DNA of 64,000 nucleotides from Eledone cirrhosa (taxonomy: Eukaryota). The stretch covers positions 21,102 to 85,101 of the forward strand of contig CAXHJY010000894.1 of NCBI GenBank assembly GCA_964016885.1, given 5' to 3'. The position numbers were made by a program, and so were the translations under genes. The first letter of the stretch is position 1, and every line of letters starts with the position of its first letter. Below are positions 25,341-36,848 of this stretch, piece by piece. Under the pieces are notes generated by a model. The model ran no database searches and was not told the origin of the DNA. It saw nothing but the letters and a program-made list of their open reading frames with translations.

Positions 25341-25516
25341 AAATAATTGTTTCTACTTTAGGCACAAGGCCAGCAATTACCCAGTACATTACTGGTACTT
25401 TATTTTATCGACCCTGTAAGGATGAAAAGCAAAGTTAACCTCGGCGGGATTTGAACTCAGACTGTAAAGAGACGTAACTATGCTAGAAAGCATGGCGTCC
25501 AACCCTCTACCGATAC
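25341..25516 (-). mobile_element. SINE family B with probable target-site duplication TACTTTGAATAAATAAT
   Basis: TACTTTGAATAAATAAT occurs at ~25331 and again at ~25514. Confidence 0.8.
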
Positions 25517-25876
25517 TTTGAATAAATAATGAATGAATATTACATAATTTATCCACTAAATTCCGTGGCTGTTCAATAAATATATGTTATTTATTTAAAG
25601 ATTCACTTCTTTAAAATTTTCAAATGTCAACACTTCCGGTTAGTGATCGTTTAAATAAATATTCATATATTTCTGTCACTAATTTTCTCCTAATGCAGTA
25701 TATATATAATATTGTCTTTTTTTAATGTATCATGGATTACGTTACTGATTACATAAGAGAGTGTAACACAGTTTTCGTTCAATTTCTGTGTATATTGTCT
25801 ATTACAATTTTATTTGATGTATCGTATCTACATGCATATATACTTGCATATAATATCAATATACGCACTACACATT

Positions 25877-25914
25877 AGCAGAAAACCACTCGAAGGGTGG
25901 TTTTTTCTGCTAGT
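25877..25914 (+). other. Possible Helitron-type 3' terminus (hairpin ending CTAG|T)
   Basis: AGCAGAAAACCAC-tcgaagg-GTGGTTTTTTCTGCTAG|T; no 5' end identified. Confidence 0.3.
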
Positions 25915-26080
25915 ATATGATAATGAAAGGGTTGAAATGGTGATTTCTTTGAAGAATAGACTTTCATAGTCATTAACAATATTCATAACCTTATGAAAAC
26001 TTTTTCATATCAAAACCAACAGAAAAATCTAAGGGGGAAAAAACAATGAAATTGATATATATTTGTTTTCATCATTTCTC

Positions 26081-26262
26081 ATTGGCAGCATCGGTAGAGG
26101 ATCGAACACCACGCTTTGCAGCATAGAATTACGGCTCTTTACGGTCAGAGTTCAAATCCTGCCGTGGTTAACTTTGGCTTTCATCCTTATGGGGTCTAAA
26201 AATAAAGCACCAGTAATGCACTGGGATAATTGCTGGCCTTGTGCCAAAAGTAGAAACAATTA
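26081..26262 (+). mobile_element. SINE family B
   Basis: Same head, B box and 3' end as 24003-24202. Confidence 0.85.
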
Positions 26263-26580
26263 TTTCTTTTTAAAATCAACATAGCTCTATTCAAAGTTGT
26301 TAAATGTGTAACCTAGAAAAAGGAAATAAATTTGATTAATTGCCTGTGTGTATAAACTTGTATGTGTATGTGTGAGTATACATGTGACTGTCTGTGTGTA
26401 TGAGTGTATATACGTACTACTATGCCTGTGTATACATGTGTATATGACCGTGTACATATGACTTTTTATGTGTGAGTATACATGTAACTGTGTGTGTATG
26501 TATATGTGCAACTGTCTGTATGTGCATCTGTGTGTATGTTAGTTAATGTATATGTGTGTTTGTGTATATATATATATATA

Positions 26581-26618
<38 letters not shown>

Positions 26619-26992
26619 CTGATATGCATGCTGAACTGAAAATTGCAATAGATATTTCAATTGCTAATCTATAGTATAATGAAAGTATAGCATTTTTTGT
26701 CCGTCTGTTGCACAAACAGTAAGCTCTGGTAAAAATACTTCTAAAATTAAAAGTAAGATGAGACATCCCACACAAACACTCCAATTGTTCTCTGCCAATG
26801 GTGTTATCTGACTGCCTCTCCCTTTTTCTATATATTTCTGTGTGTGTGTGTGTGTGTATGACATGGCTTTAAAAATGAAGCTTGTTTGCATAATTGCAAA
26901 CGAATCGAATGTTATTATTAATATTCGGAAAACTCAGATTACATTTCATCATGATTTTATGTCCGCGTTTCCCTGCTTGCAAGGGTGGGACG

Positions 26993-27056
<64 letters not shown>

Positions 27057-27122
27057 ATGATATATATATACATATAAAGTGAAGAATAACATGGTTGGCA
27101 GTACAAACAAGGATATTTATTT

Positions 27123-27233
27123 ACAGTCTTACAATTGTTTCCATGATAGAATTGTCTATAAATTGCTAAATACTGGAGACAGTATAACTCAATTTACAAT
27201 ACATCTAAGTTCAATCATTTCATCAGAAACTAT
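27123..27233 (-). ncRNA. Type-I hammerhead ribozyme with long stem/loop II
   Basis: Minus strand: atagttt-CTGATGA-aatgattgaa...ttctatcatg-GAAAC-aatt-GTA-agactgt, then AATAAA; palindromic ACAATTGT stem III. Confidence 0.72.
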
Positions 27234-27475
27234 TAAGAAATATAAAATATATGTGTAACGGTAAACTTAAAAATTCAAATTACTACATCAATAATAGTAT
27301 TAATGATAAATAAATAAAGGAAGGGGAACAGATAGAAATGAGAGAGAAAGAAAGAAAATGACAAAAGAAGGAACGAAGATATAGTTAAATGTATAACCGG
27401 CAAAGTTACGAAATCAAACTATCACATCAAATTAAATATAATATTAATAATAATAATAATAATAAAGATATATAT

Positions 27476-30400
27476 AGAAATCGTAGAAATGCTAGAGCGA
27501 AAGGAAGTTGATGTATGCTGTGTGCAAGAGACTAGATGGAGAGGAGGGTCTGCTAGAGTCCTTGTAGGAAAAAGCCAGTGCTACAAATTTTTCTGGGTGG
27601 GAAATGACGATGGGATGGGTGGTGTAGGTATACTATTAGCTGACAAGTGGGTAGATAAAGTAATCTCAGTGTACAGGGTAAATGCAAGAATCATTAAACT
27701 CAGACTAGTCCTGAATAAGACAATTACCACAATAATATCAGCTTACGCACCCCAATCGGGGCTGCCAGACGAACTTAAGGATAGGTTTTACGAGTCCCTA
27801 ATACACACTACTGCTCTAACAGACGACAAGGACTTCCTAATCATTGCAGGAGATTTTAACGGACACGTAGGTAAACACTGCGACGGCTTCAATAGAGTAC
27901 ATGGAGGCCATGGAGTTGGCACAAGGAATGAGGAAGGATTCAGACTTCTAGAATTCTGCGACGCCAATGACATGTCGATATGTAACACAAACTTTAAAAA
28001 ACCCGACAACCACCTGATCACCTATAGATCAGGGGAGCACTCTAGTCAGTTAGATTTTATCCTCATCAGAGGACGTGACAGATGGACGGTCGTAAACACA
28101 AAAGCCTTCCCTAGTGAGGAATGTACATCCCAACATAGCTTAGTTGTCAGCGACCTCACGGTCAGAACTAGACGAGCCCTGAAACAGAGGCCAACCTGGA
28201 GAAGAAAGATCTGGAAGCTGAAAGTCCCCTCAACCAGTAACAGATTTAAAGATATTTTACTCAACGCCTACGACAGTAAAGAAGAACAGATAGAGACATT
28301 TAACGTAGAAGAGAACTGGGAGTTCCTAAAAAATAACTTACTAGAGGCGACGGATGAGGTTTGTGGCTGGAGTAAGACCTCAAGCAGGAGGAGAGTGACT
28401 TGGTGGTGGAACAATAAGGTAGATGAAGCAGTCAAGGCCAAGAGACAGGCATGGAAAGAATGGAAGAACGGGGGGAGCAGGGTACATTACATAGAGACCA
28501 AGAGGGAAGCTAGGCGACAAGTATACTTAGCTAGGAGGGAAGCAGAGGATAGAAAATTCAAGCATGTTTTACAACGTGAGGACCAGAAACAGGAGGTATT
28601 CAAGATTGCGAGGCAGTGTGTCAGAGATAGTTGTGATGTCATTGGAGAGAAGTGTATCCGGAATGATAAAGGTGAGCTTGCCCTCACAAGTGCTGAGAAG
28701 AAAGATGCATGGAAGAGTCATTATGATAGATTACTAAATGAGGAGAATGCATGGGAAGAAGAGACCCTACCCCACGTAGACCCTATAGAGGGACCAGCAG
28801 TACAAGTCAGCGGCAGCGTAGTAAGTAAGGCAATCAGAGATATGAAGATAGGGAAGGCAACCGGTCCATCGGGTATAGCTGCCGAGATGCTGAAGGCATC
28901 TGGGTCTGTAGGTCACACTATAACCACACGTATCGTTAACCAGGTAATACTAGAGGGGGCCATACCAAAAGATTGGTGCAGTAGCATCATTGTCAACTGC
29001 TACAAAGGTAAAGGCGATGCACTAGATAGAGGAAACTATAGAGGTATAAAGTTGATGGACCAGGTCATGAAAGTAACAGAAAGAGTTATAGCACAGCTGA
29101 TTAGGGACCGGGTGAATATAGACGAGATGCAATTTGGGTTTGTTCCAGGGAAAGGCACCACTGATGCGCTCTTCCTTGTGAGGCAATTACAGGAAAAGTA
29201 CCTAGCTAAAAGTAAGCCACTCTACTTGGCATTTGTCGACCTTGAGAAAGCCTTTGACAGAGTTCCACGTGCAGTAATCTGGTGGGCTCTTAGAAAACTA
29301 GGAGTAGATGAATGGCTTGTGAAAGCGGTACAAGCCATGTATAGGGGAGCAGTCAGCAAAGTTAGGATTGGCAATGAGTATAGCGAGGAATTTAGCGTAC
29401 AGGTTGGGGTCCACCAGGGCTCTGTTCTTAGCCCTCTCCTGTTCATCATAGTCCTGCAGGCAATAACGGAGGAGTTTAAGACCGGATGCCCATGGGAACT
29501 CCTGTATGCTGATGACCTCGCACTCATAGCTGAATCTATGGTAGAACTAGAGAATAAATTCCAAACCTGGAAGCAGGGACTAGAGAGAAAGGGCCTCAAA
29601 GTCAACATGACAAAGACTAAGGTCCTTATAAGTAGACGAGAAAACAGAACCCAGATCCCCTCAGGGAAATGGCCTTGCTCAGTATGTAGGAAAGGTGTAG
29701 GTAGGAACTCCATTCTTTGCCCCAAATGCAAACAATGGGTACACAAGAGATGTAGCGGGATCTCAGGAAGCTTAATTAAGAATGTAGGATTCACATGCAG
29801 CAGCTGTGCTGAAACAGCAAGCAAACAGCCACAGGAAACAAGTACCACCAATCTCTGGGAGGGCCCTGTAGAAACAGTAGACAGCTTCTGCTACCTAGGT
29901 GACCGAATTAGCAACGGAGGTGGGTGCTCAGAAAGTACAATAACTAGGGTAAGAACGGGATGGAAGAAGTTTAGGGAACTACTACCACTGCTAGCTGCAA
30001 AAGGCTTCTCCCTCAGAATGAAAGGCAGACTGTATGATGCGTGTATCCGAACAGCGATGTTGCATGGTAGTGAGACCTGGGCGCTGAAGGTGGAAGACTT
30101 ACGTAGATTAGAGAGAAACGAAGCCTGCATGCTCCGATGGATGTGTAACAGTAATATACGTGAACGACAAAGCATAAATGAATTGAGAGAGAGACTGAGC
30201 ATAAGAGGAATCAAATGCTGCGTGCAGGAGAGGCGGTTACGCTGGTATGGACATGTGATGCGTATGAAGGATGACAGCTGCATAAAAAGGTGCAGAGCAC
30301 TAGAAGTTGATGGAAACCGCGGAGTGGGGAGACCCAAGATGACTTGGGATGAGGTGATAAAAGCCGACCTTACCCAACTACACCTCTCAAAGTCAATGAC

Positions 30401-30787
30401 ACACGACCGTGACTTCTGGCGTCACGCAGTAATACAGGGTACCCGACCTCCCATGGGTACATGCTGAAGCATATAAACAATATGCCCCCCCCCCCCCCCC
30501 CCCACCCCCCCACCGCAAGGTGGTCGTGGAGGTGCCACGGCAAAAAAGCACCCAGCCCACACTGTAAAGTGGACGTGTAGGCGCCACGAAAAAGCACCCA
30601 GCACTCACTGTAAATGAGGTTGGTGTTAGGAAGGGCATCCAGCTGTAGAAATCAAGCCAGGTCAGTTCCTGTATGAGCAAGGCATGGTCAGCCGACCAGA
30701 CACTGCCCACAACAGGACAACCCGTCTAACCCATGCTAGCGTGGAAGAACGGACGTAAAACGGTGATGATGATGATGATGATGATGA
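27476..30787 (+). mobile_element. RTE-clade LINE, family 1, slightly 5'-truncated, young
   Basis: Uninterrupted ORF, 3' UTR with a C-run and subrepeats, (GAT)n tail. Confidence 0.95.
27489..30467 (+). CDS. RTE ORF2: APE endonuclease + reverse transcriptase with internal PHD-type finger (992 aa; first endonuclease motif TxNV lost to truncation)
   Basis: VQETRW, SAYAPQ, GDFNGHVG, QFGF, FVDLEKAFDRV, GVHQGSVLSP, LYADD, CSVC..CPKCKQWVHKRC..CSSC, RLRWYGHV. Confidence 0.95.
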   Translation: MLERKEVDVCCVQETRWRGGSARVLVGKSQCYKFFWVGNDDGMGGVGILLADKWVDKVISVYRVNARIIKLRLVLNKTITTIISAYAPQSGLPDELKDRFYESLIHTTALTDDKDFLIIAGDFNGHVGKHCDGFNRVHGGHGVGTRNEEGFRLLEFCDANDMSICNTNFKKPDNHLITYRSGEHSSQLDFILIRGRDRWTVVNTKAFPSEECTSQHSLVVSDLTVRTRRALKQRPTWRRKIWKLKVPSTSNRFKDILLNAYDSKEEQIETFNVEENWEFLKNNLLEATDEVCGWSKTSSRRRVTWWWNNKVDEAVKAKRQAWKEWKNGGSRVHYIETKREARRQVYLARREAEDRKFKHVLQREDQKQEVFKIARQCVRDSCDVIGEKCIRNDKGELALTSAEKKDAWKSHYDRLLNEENAWEEETLPHVDPIEGPAVQVSGSVVSKAIRDMKIGKATGPSGIAAEMLKASGSVGHTITTRIVNQVILEGAIPKDWCSSIIVNCYKGKGDALDRGNYRGIKLMDQVMKVTERVIAQLIRDRVNIDEMQFGFVPGKGTTDALFLVRQLQEKYLAKSKPLYLAFVDLEKAFDRVPRAVIWWALRKLGVDEWLVKAVQAMYRGAVSKVRIGNEYSEEFSVQVGVHQGSVLSPLLFIIVLQAITEEFKTGCPWELLYADDLALIAESMVELENKFQTWKQGLERKGLKVNMTKTKVLISRRENRTQIPSGKWPCSVCRKGVGRNSILCPKCKQWVHKRCSGISGSLIKNVGFTCSSCAETASKQPQETSTTNLWEGPVETVDSFCYLGDRISNGGGCSESTITRVRTGWKKFRELLPLLAAKGFSLRMKGRLYDACIRTAMLHGSETWALKVEDLRRLERNEACMLRWMCNSNIRERQSINELRERLSIRGIKCCVQERRLRWYGHVMRMKDDSCIKRCRALEVDGNRGVGRPKMTWDEVIKADLTQLHLSKSMTHDRDFWRHAVIQGTRPPMGTC

Positions 30788-31486
30788 TAGAAAGAGAGAA
30801 GGGGGGGGGGATATAGCATAGGCTAGGCAAAGAGGAAGGATAAGTAAGGAAGATGAGAAAGAAATAGAGGAAGATTAAGAGGGATGAGGAAGCATAGGGG
30901 GATAGAAATTAATCATGAATATGGGGATATGAAGAAGAGAGAAAAGAAAATAAACATACGGACGAATATACATTACTATGTAAAATGGCTAGTTTGAGAT
31001 GTATTATAGGATAAAATGATCGAGATAAAATATGTTTAAGTGGAGAAATACAAAGACAAATGGTGAAAGGTGTATATATATATATAAGATAATAGATGAT
31101 GTAAATACAAATAAAAATAATGATGTTAATACAAATGTTTTTGGTTATTCTTACGTAATTATGAAGTTTGTGATAATTTGATATTGTGTAGGTGCTAAAA
31201 GTATAAAAAGGAATAAGGAGTAGAAAATGGAGTTAAGTTGGTCTAAAGTTCAGGAACTTAGTTGCTGATTTATGCTGGCAAAAGATAGTTCAATCAATTC
31301 TGCTGTTAAGAAGGGTTTTACTAAAATTAAGAATTTGGAAGAGCGAAGTCATAAAATCGTCACCAACGTAAACCTCTTGTTGAGTCACACAGCACCGTAT
31401 GCTTAAACTGTCCATGATATGTAGTTTTCACAGACTCTTATCAGATTACCTTTAACAATTTAATGTTATCCTACACACACACACAC

Positions 31487-31527
<41 letters not shown>

Positions 31528-33105
31528 AGTGTGTATATGTATATATATGTAAGCATTTATGTGTATGTATATATAGCTAGGAAAACTTGGGATAAGATTA
31601 CTTTCAAAGTTGACCTTGCCTAATTAAACCTTATAAAGGAGATGACACCGGATCAAGACATTGTTGTACTGCAGAAGACCCAACTCTTCCTCTTGTGTAC
31701 AAATCAGACATGCAGGTGATACATTAGCCTGCAGCACCCACCAACCTTAATATCCCGATTACACCTACATATCCTATGCACCTAGTTGATTTCGAACTCA
31801 TACCCCCCCCCCCCCCCCCCTCCCTCCCCCCCTCCAGCCCTGGTACACCTCACCTGCGCAGCCCATGAAAGCTAGGTATCTGACCTCCCACAATGATGTG
31901 CCATGACAAAAAGCACAAAGTCACCCTGTATGCTGATTTGGCACCACGCCAACAAAAGCACTTAAGTACCAGTCAACCAAAATACATAGAATACAGTTCT
32001 ACGACTTCTGGGGAGTCACCACATAAGTAAATCATCATCATCATGTTTATCATCATCATCATCATCATGTTTATCATCATCATCATCATCATCATCATGT
32101 TTATCATCATCATCATCATGTTTGTTATCATCATCATCATCATCATCATCATTGTTTAACATCCATTTTTCTACACTAGCATGGGTTAGAAGAGTTGTAC
32201 GATTGTGAGGCAAGTTAGGTCAGGTGATCATGTCTTGCTCTGTGACTGGCTTGGTTTCTATGGCTGATACCCTTCCTAATGCCAACCACATTTACAGTGT
32301 TTTATGTCTAACCGATGCTGGCGTGGAAAATGGACGTTAAATGATGATGATGATAATGATACCTATAACCCAATACACACACACATAATTTATGACCGTT
32401 ATAGAGTAGACACAAACAGAACCAGGTATTAAGCATGCATTTGGAACATAAATACACACACTCATACGTACATTATCCCCAAACATATCTTTGTTAAAGT
32501 TTACTGAAGAAACCAAATACAAATACAGACACACACACATATTATCCCCAAACATATCTTTGTTAATGTCTGCTGAAGGAACCAAATATGACTTATTCAA
32601 TCCATAATATAACAGTATTTATGTGTGTGTGTGTGTTTTCAGTTAACATTGATTTATCTAAGCATCCCAATTATTAATGTATGTGTGTGTTCTTGAATAA
32701 AGATAAATTTTCTGTTTTAGAGAATTTCCAATAGCTGTTAAAAACTGTAAGACTACTTACTTAGAATTTTTTTTTTTTAAATTCATTGAATTTTTTAAAT
32801 TCTTGTAATGTTTTCTTTTCTTCATTCCATACGATGATGATAATATATATATATAGCTAATTTTAGGTTTAATCAATACATATAAAATATATATTGATGA
32901 TGTTTCTCAATACAAAGCTCAATAAACATCAGTTCTTAGCATATTATAAGTATAAATGATATATCTATATGATAAGTATATATCTATATTATAAGTATAA
33001 ATGATATATCAATTGAGAAACAAACTAGTCTTTTGTACATATATATATATATAGAACAAATATATAAATTTAAATTTCATGCTGATAAAATGGCTTATAA
33101 TTGAA

Positions 33106-33137
<32 letters not shown>

Positions 33138-33140
<3 letters not shown>

Positions 33141-33330
33141 AAAATGTTCAAGACCCCGACGGCAGGGCTAGCCGTTCCGATGGCTATTTCTGGACTCAGA
33201 AATAGCAATTGAAATGGCTAGCTCTGCCGTCGGGGTCTTGAACATTTTCCTTTTACCCACTCTACTACCCTAAGTATTGAGGACTCTGGTGCATTATGGT
33301 CCATCTGGTCCCTTACCACACTTCCTTCGT
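33138..33330 (+). mobile_element. Fold-back half-hammerhead element, copy 2 (inverted repeat 33138-33251 plus tail)
   Basis: Arms around a GACT loop; GAAAT-GGC-tagctct-GCC-GTC-ggggtc; tail TTACCCACTCTACTACCCTAAGTATTGAG...TTCCTTCGT shared with copy 1. Confidence 0.8.
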
Positions 33331-33340
33331 TATATATATA

Positions 33341-34834
33341 TCATCATCATCATCATCATCATTCATCATTTCATTTTACGTCCGCTTTTCCCTACTTGCA
33401 AGGGTGGGACGGGAACTGATTCTGGCTTGATTTCTACAGCTAGATGCCCTTCCTAACACCAACCTCATTTACAGTGTGCTGGGTGCTTTTTTGCCATGGC
33501 ACCTCCACGAATGATAGGGACTGAGTAAACTGGAGCAATGTGAAATAAAGTGTCTCAAGGAAACAACACATCACCCGGTCTGGAATGATAGGGACTGAGT
33601 AAACTGGAGCAATGTGAAATAAAGTGTCTCAAGGAAACAACACATCACCCGGTCTGAGAATGATAGGGACTGAGTAAACTGGAGCAATGTGAAATAAAGT
33701 GTCTCAAGGAAACAACATATCACCCGGTCTGGAATGATAGGGACTGAGTAAACTGGAGCAATGTGAAATAAAGTGTCTCAAGGAAACAACACATCACCCG
33801 GTCTGGAATGATAGGGACTGAGTAAACTGGAGCAATGTGAAATAAAGTGTCTCAAGGAAACAACATATCACCCGGTCTGGAATGATAGGGACTGAGTAAA
33901 CTGGAGCAATGTGAAATAAAGTGTCTCAAGGAAACAACATATCACCCGGTCTGGAATGATAGGGACTGAGTAAACTGGAGCAATGTGAAATAAAGTGTCT
34001 CAAGGAAACAACACATCACCCGGTCTGGAATGATAGGGACTGAGTAAACTGGAGCAATGTGAAATAAAGTGTCTCAAGGAAACAACACATCACCCGGTCT
34101 GGAATGATAGGGACTGAGTAAACTGGAGCAATGTGAAATAAAGTGTCTCAAGGAAACAACATATCACCCGGTCTGGAATGATAGGGACTGAGTAAACTGG
34201 AGCAATGTGAAATAAAGTGTCTCAAGGAAACAACACATCACCCGGTCTGGAATGATAGGGACTGAGTAAACTGGAGCAATGTGAAATAAAGTGTCTCAAG
34301 GAAACAACACATCACCCGGTCTGAGAATGATAGGGACTGAGTAAACTGGAGCAATGTGAAATAAAGTGTCTCAAGGAAACAACATATCACCCGGTCTGGA
34401 ATGATAGGGACTGAGTAAACTGGAGCAATGTGAAATAAAGTGTCTCAAGGAAACAACACATCACCCGGTCTGAGAATGATAGGTACTGAGTAAACTGGAG
34501 CAATGTGAAATAAAGTGTCTCAAGGAAACAACATATCACCCGGTCTGGAATGATAGGTACTGAGTAAACTGGAGCAATGTGAAATAAAGTGTCTCAAGGA
34601 AACAACACATCACCCGGTCTGGAATGATAGGGACTGAGTAAACTGGAGCAATGTGAAATAAAGTGTCTCAAGGAAACAACATATCACCCGGTCTGAGAAT
34701 GATAGGGACTGAGTAAACTGGAGCAATGTGAAATAAAGTGTCTCAAGGAAACAACACATCACCCGGTCTGAGAATTGAACTCATAACCTTTCGATTGCAA
34801 GGCCAATGCTCTAAACACTAAGCCATGTGCCTCC
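33341..34834 (-). mobile_element. SINE family A expanded by an internal tandem array
   Basis: Intact tail (33341-33508) and tRNA head (34771-34834) bracket the array. Confidence 0.9.
33509..34770. repeat. Minisatellite, 17 x 74-75 bp, derived from the SINE A interior
   Basis: Unit GAATGATAGGGACTGAGTAAACTGGAGCAATGTGAAATAAAGTGTCTCAAGGAAACAACAYATCACCCGGTCTG(A); no spacers. Confidence 0.95.
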
Positions 34835-34935
34835 TATATATATATATTATATATATATATATATATAATATATATATTATATATATATTATATATATTAT
34901 ATATATATATATTATATATATATATATATTATATA

Positions 34936-35161
34936 TCATTCATCATCATCATCATTTCATTTTACGTCCGCTTTTCCCTGCTTGCAAGGGTGGGACGGGA
35001 ACTGATTCTGGCTTGATTTCTACAGCTGGATGCCCTTCCTAACACCAACCTCATTTACAGTGAGTGCTGGGTGCTTTTTTGCAGTGGAATGATAGGGTCC
35101 CCAGTCCCTATCATCTCATTTCTACAGCTGAGTAAACTGGAGCAATGTGAAATAAAGTGTT
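34936..35161 (-). mobile_element. SINE family A, 5'-truncated
   Basis: Tail and centre present, tRNA head absent. Confidence 0.85.
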
Positions 35162-35486
35162 TCGGTTATTTGTCGGAGATTTCTCCATAAGAGCCTTTCT
35201 TCTTATAGTTTGATCTAATTGATTTTTTGTATGGTTAATTATGCTAATTAGAAGAAGAAATAGTATATATTTTATCTGATGATTCTAAAGACATGATTTA
35301 CGATATATTGCTCTGATTTTTTAATTTATTAATTCTTCATAGAGCTTAAAAGTGACCAGTTGCAACATGTATATATCTATAACTTTATGTATATGTTAAC
35401 CTTTATATATATATATATTATATATATATTTATATATTTATATATATATATATATTTATATATTTATATATATATATATATATATA

Positions 35487-36750
35487 CTCCAGATACGTTG
35501 ATGACATACTGATACTCACTTCTTCCCGGGAGATGGCGAATGAAATTCACCAAATCTTTAACGACACTGACCATCACGTCGATTTCACCATCGAACACCC
35601 TGAAGAAGACGGGTCACTCGCCCTCCTCGACTTCCGTATCAACATCTCGGAAGAAGGAGACATAAACACCACCTTCTACCGCAAGGCAGCGTGCAAGGAC
35701 TTATTTGTGCATTACAACTCAGCCCTCCCCAACAACGCTAAGAGAGGCTATGTCCTAAATGAACTTACACGGATCACTAATAGATGCAGCGACCCGATGG
35801 GTGGTCTCACCCATACCACGCAATTCCGTAATCTACTCAAGTCTAATGGATATCCCAAGCGACTGATTAACGGAATTAGAGACCCCAGACCCAATAGACA
35901 GACACCCACTAGAAACTTAGATAAAAGCAGGTGCTTCTTTAAAATCCCCCACCTGAGTGAATATACCACGAACGCCATCCGCAGGGCCATACGGAGGGAG
36001 GGACTTGACATACATTTGGCCCACACAGGACCTTCGCTCCGAAGATGCCTCTCCACCAAACCCGACGAGTCAGATGGGACGTGTTCCCTCAGCAACTGCC
36101 CGATACGGGGGGGCAGATTGCCTACGCACCTATGTCGTATATAAGATTCAATGCGATAAATGTAACAAGTTTTACATAGGTAGCACCATCCGACCCCTAC
36201 ATGTTCGTATCAAGGAACATGTCAACACCAACGCATCTTCCTTCCGTAAACACATCCTTAAATGCGGAAACCCACAGGGCAGACCCTTGGTCACAGTCCT
36301 AGCGACTGAACGCAGCATCGGATCCTTATACACATATACACACACAGTTACACACACATATATATTTACACACACATATTTTACGGCTTTCACACGCTAG
36401 CGCACCCTATTGATTTAACCCAATTGATCAGTAGCTTTTGCCACAGCCTATCACGCGCACGCGCATTCTTTCCCTCGTTTGAATTTTCCCCATAACGGCA
36501 TTCCTATGTTTTAACGACAATACAACTTTCTCCGGCTTAGCCTGTTCCCCCCCCTTTTGGAACTTTCCCCCGTTGATGGGCGTGAGCCCGAAATAGTGGG
36601 ATTAAATCTCCACTACGGTAACCCTTCTACCTTTGTTTTGTTTTCCTTTTTCGTTTCTCTCAATTTTCACTTTTCTCCTATTTCTCACTCACTTCTTACC
36701 TCGAGATTTCCCATCTGCATTGTTGTGGCTTTCTAAACTACATATTTTAT
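35487..36750 (+). mobile_element. 5'-truncated PLE (RT C-terminus + GIY-YIG endonuclease), frameshifted at the G-run ~36107-36113
   Basis: RYVDD, FTIE, LALLD, FYRK, HYNSALP, NGYP; VVYKIQCDKCNKFYIGSTIRPLHVRIKEH (GIY-YIG); flanked by (TA)n. Confidence 0.9.
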
Positions 36751-36762
36751 ATATATATATAT

Positions 36763-36793
<31 letters not shown>

Positions 36794-36848
36794 ATATATT
36801 TATTTATATATATATTTATATATATATATATTTATATATATATATATA

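Larger units (their letters stand above)
27075..31345 (-). mobile_element. PLE 3' remnant (endonuclease C-terminus, pyrimidine-rich 3' UTR, hammerhead), split by the RTE at 27476-30787
   Basis: Minus strand ~31260-31340 reads ILNFSKTLLNSRID*TIFCQHK, resembling IINRCTDLFSLCLHK of the PLE at 39925-40488. UTR-like composition on both sides of the RTE; hammerhead at 27123-27233. Confidence 0.55.

Noticed and set aside
29222-29851. Antisense ORFs opposite the RTE ORFs (also 54654-55286 and 46052-46600)
   Set aside because: Shadow ORFs of the sense coding frame.
33509-34770. CRISPR-like regular array
   Set aside because: Units are contiguous with no unique spacers, derive from a SINE, and there are no cas genes; eukaryotic context.
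35270-35400. CTGATGA followed by a possible stem
   Set aside because: No GAAA/UH arm found.
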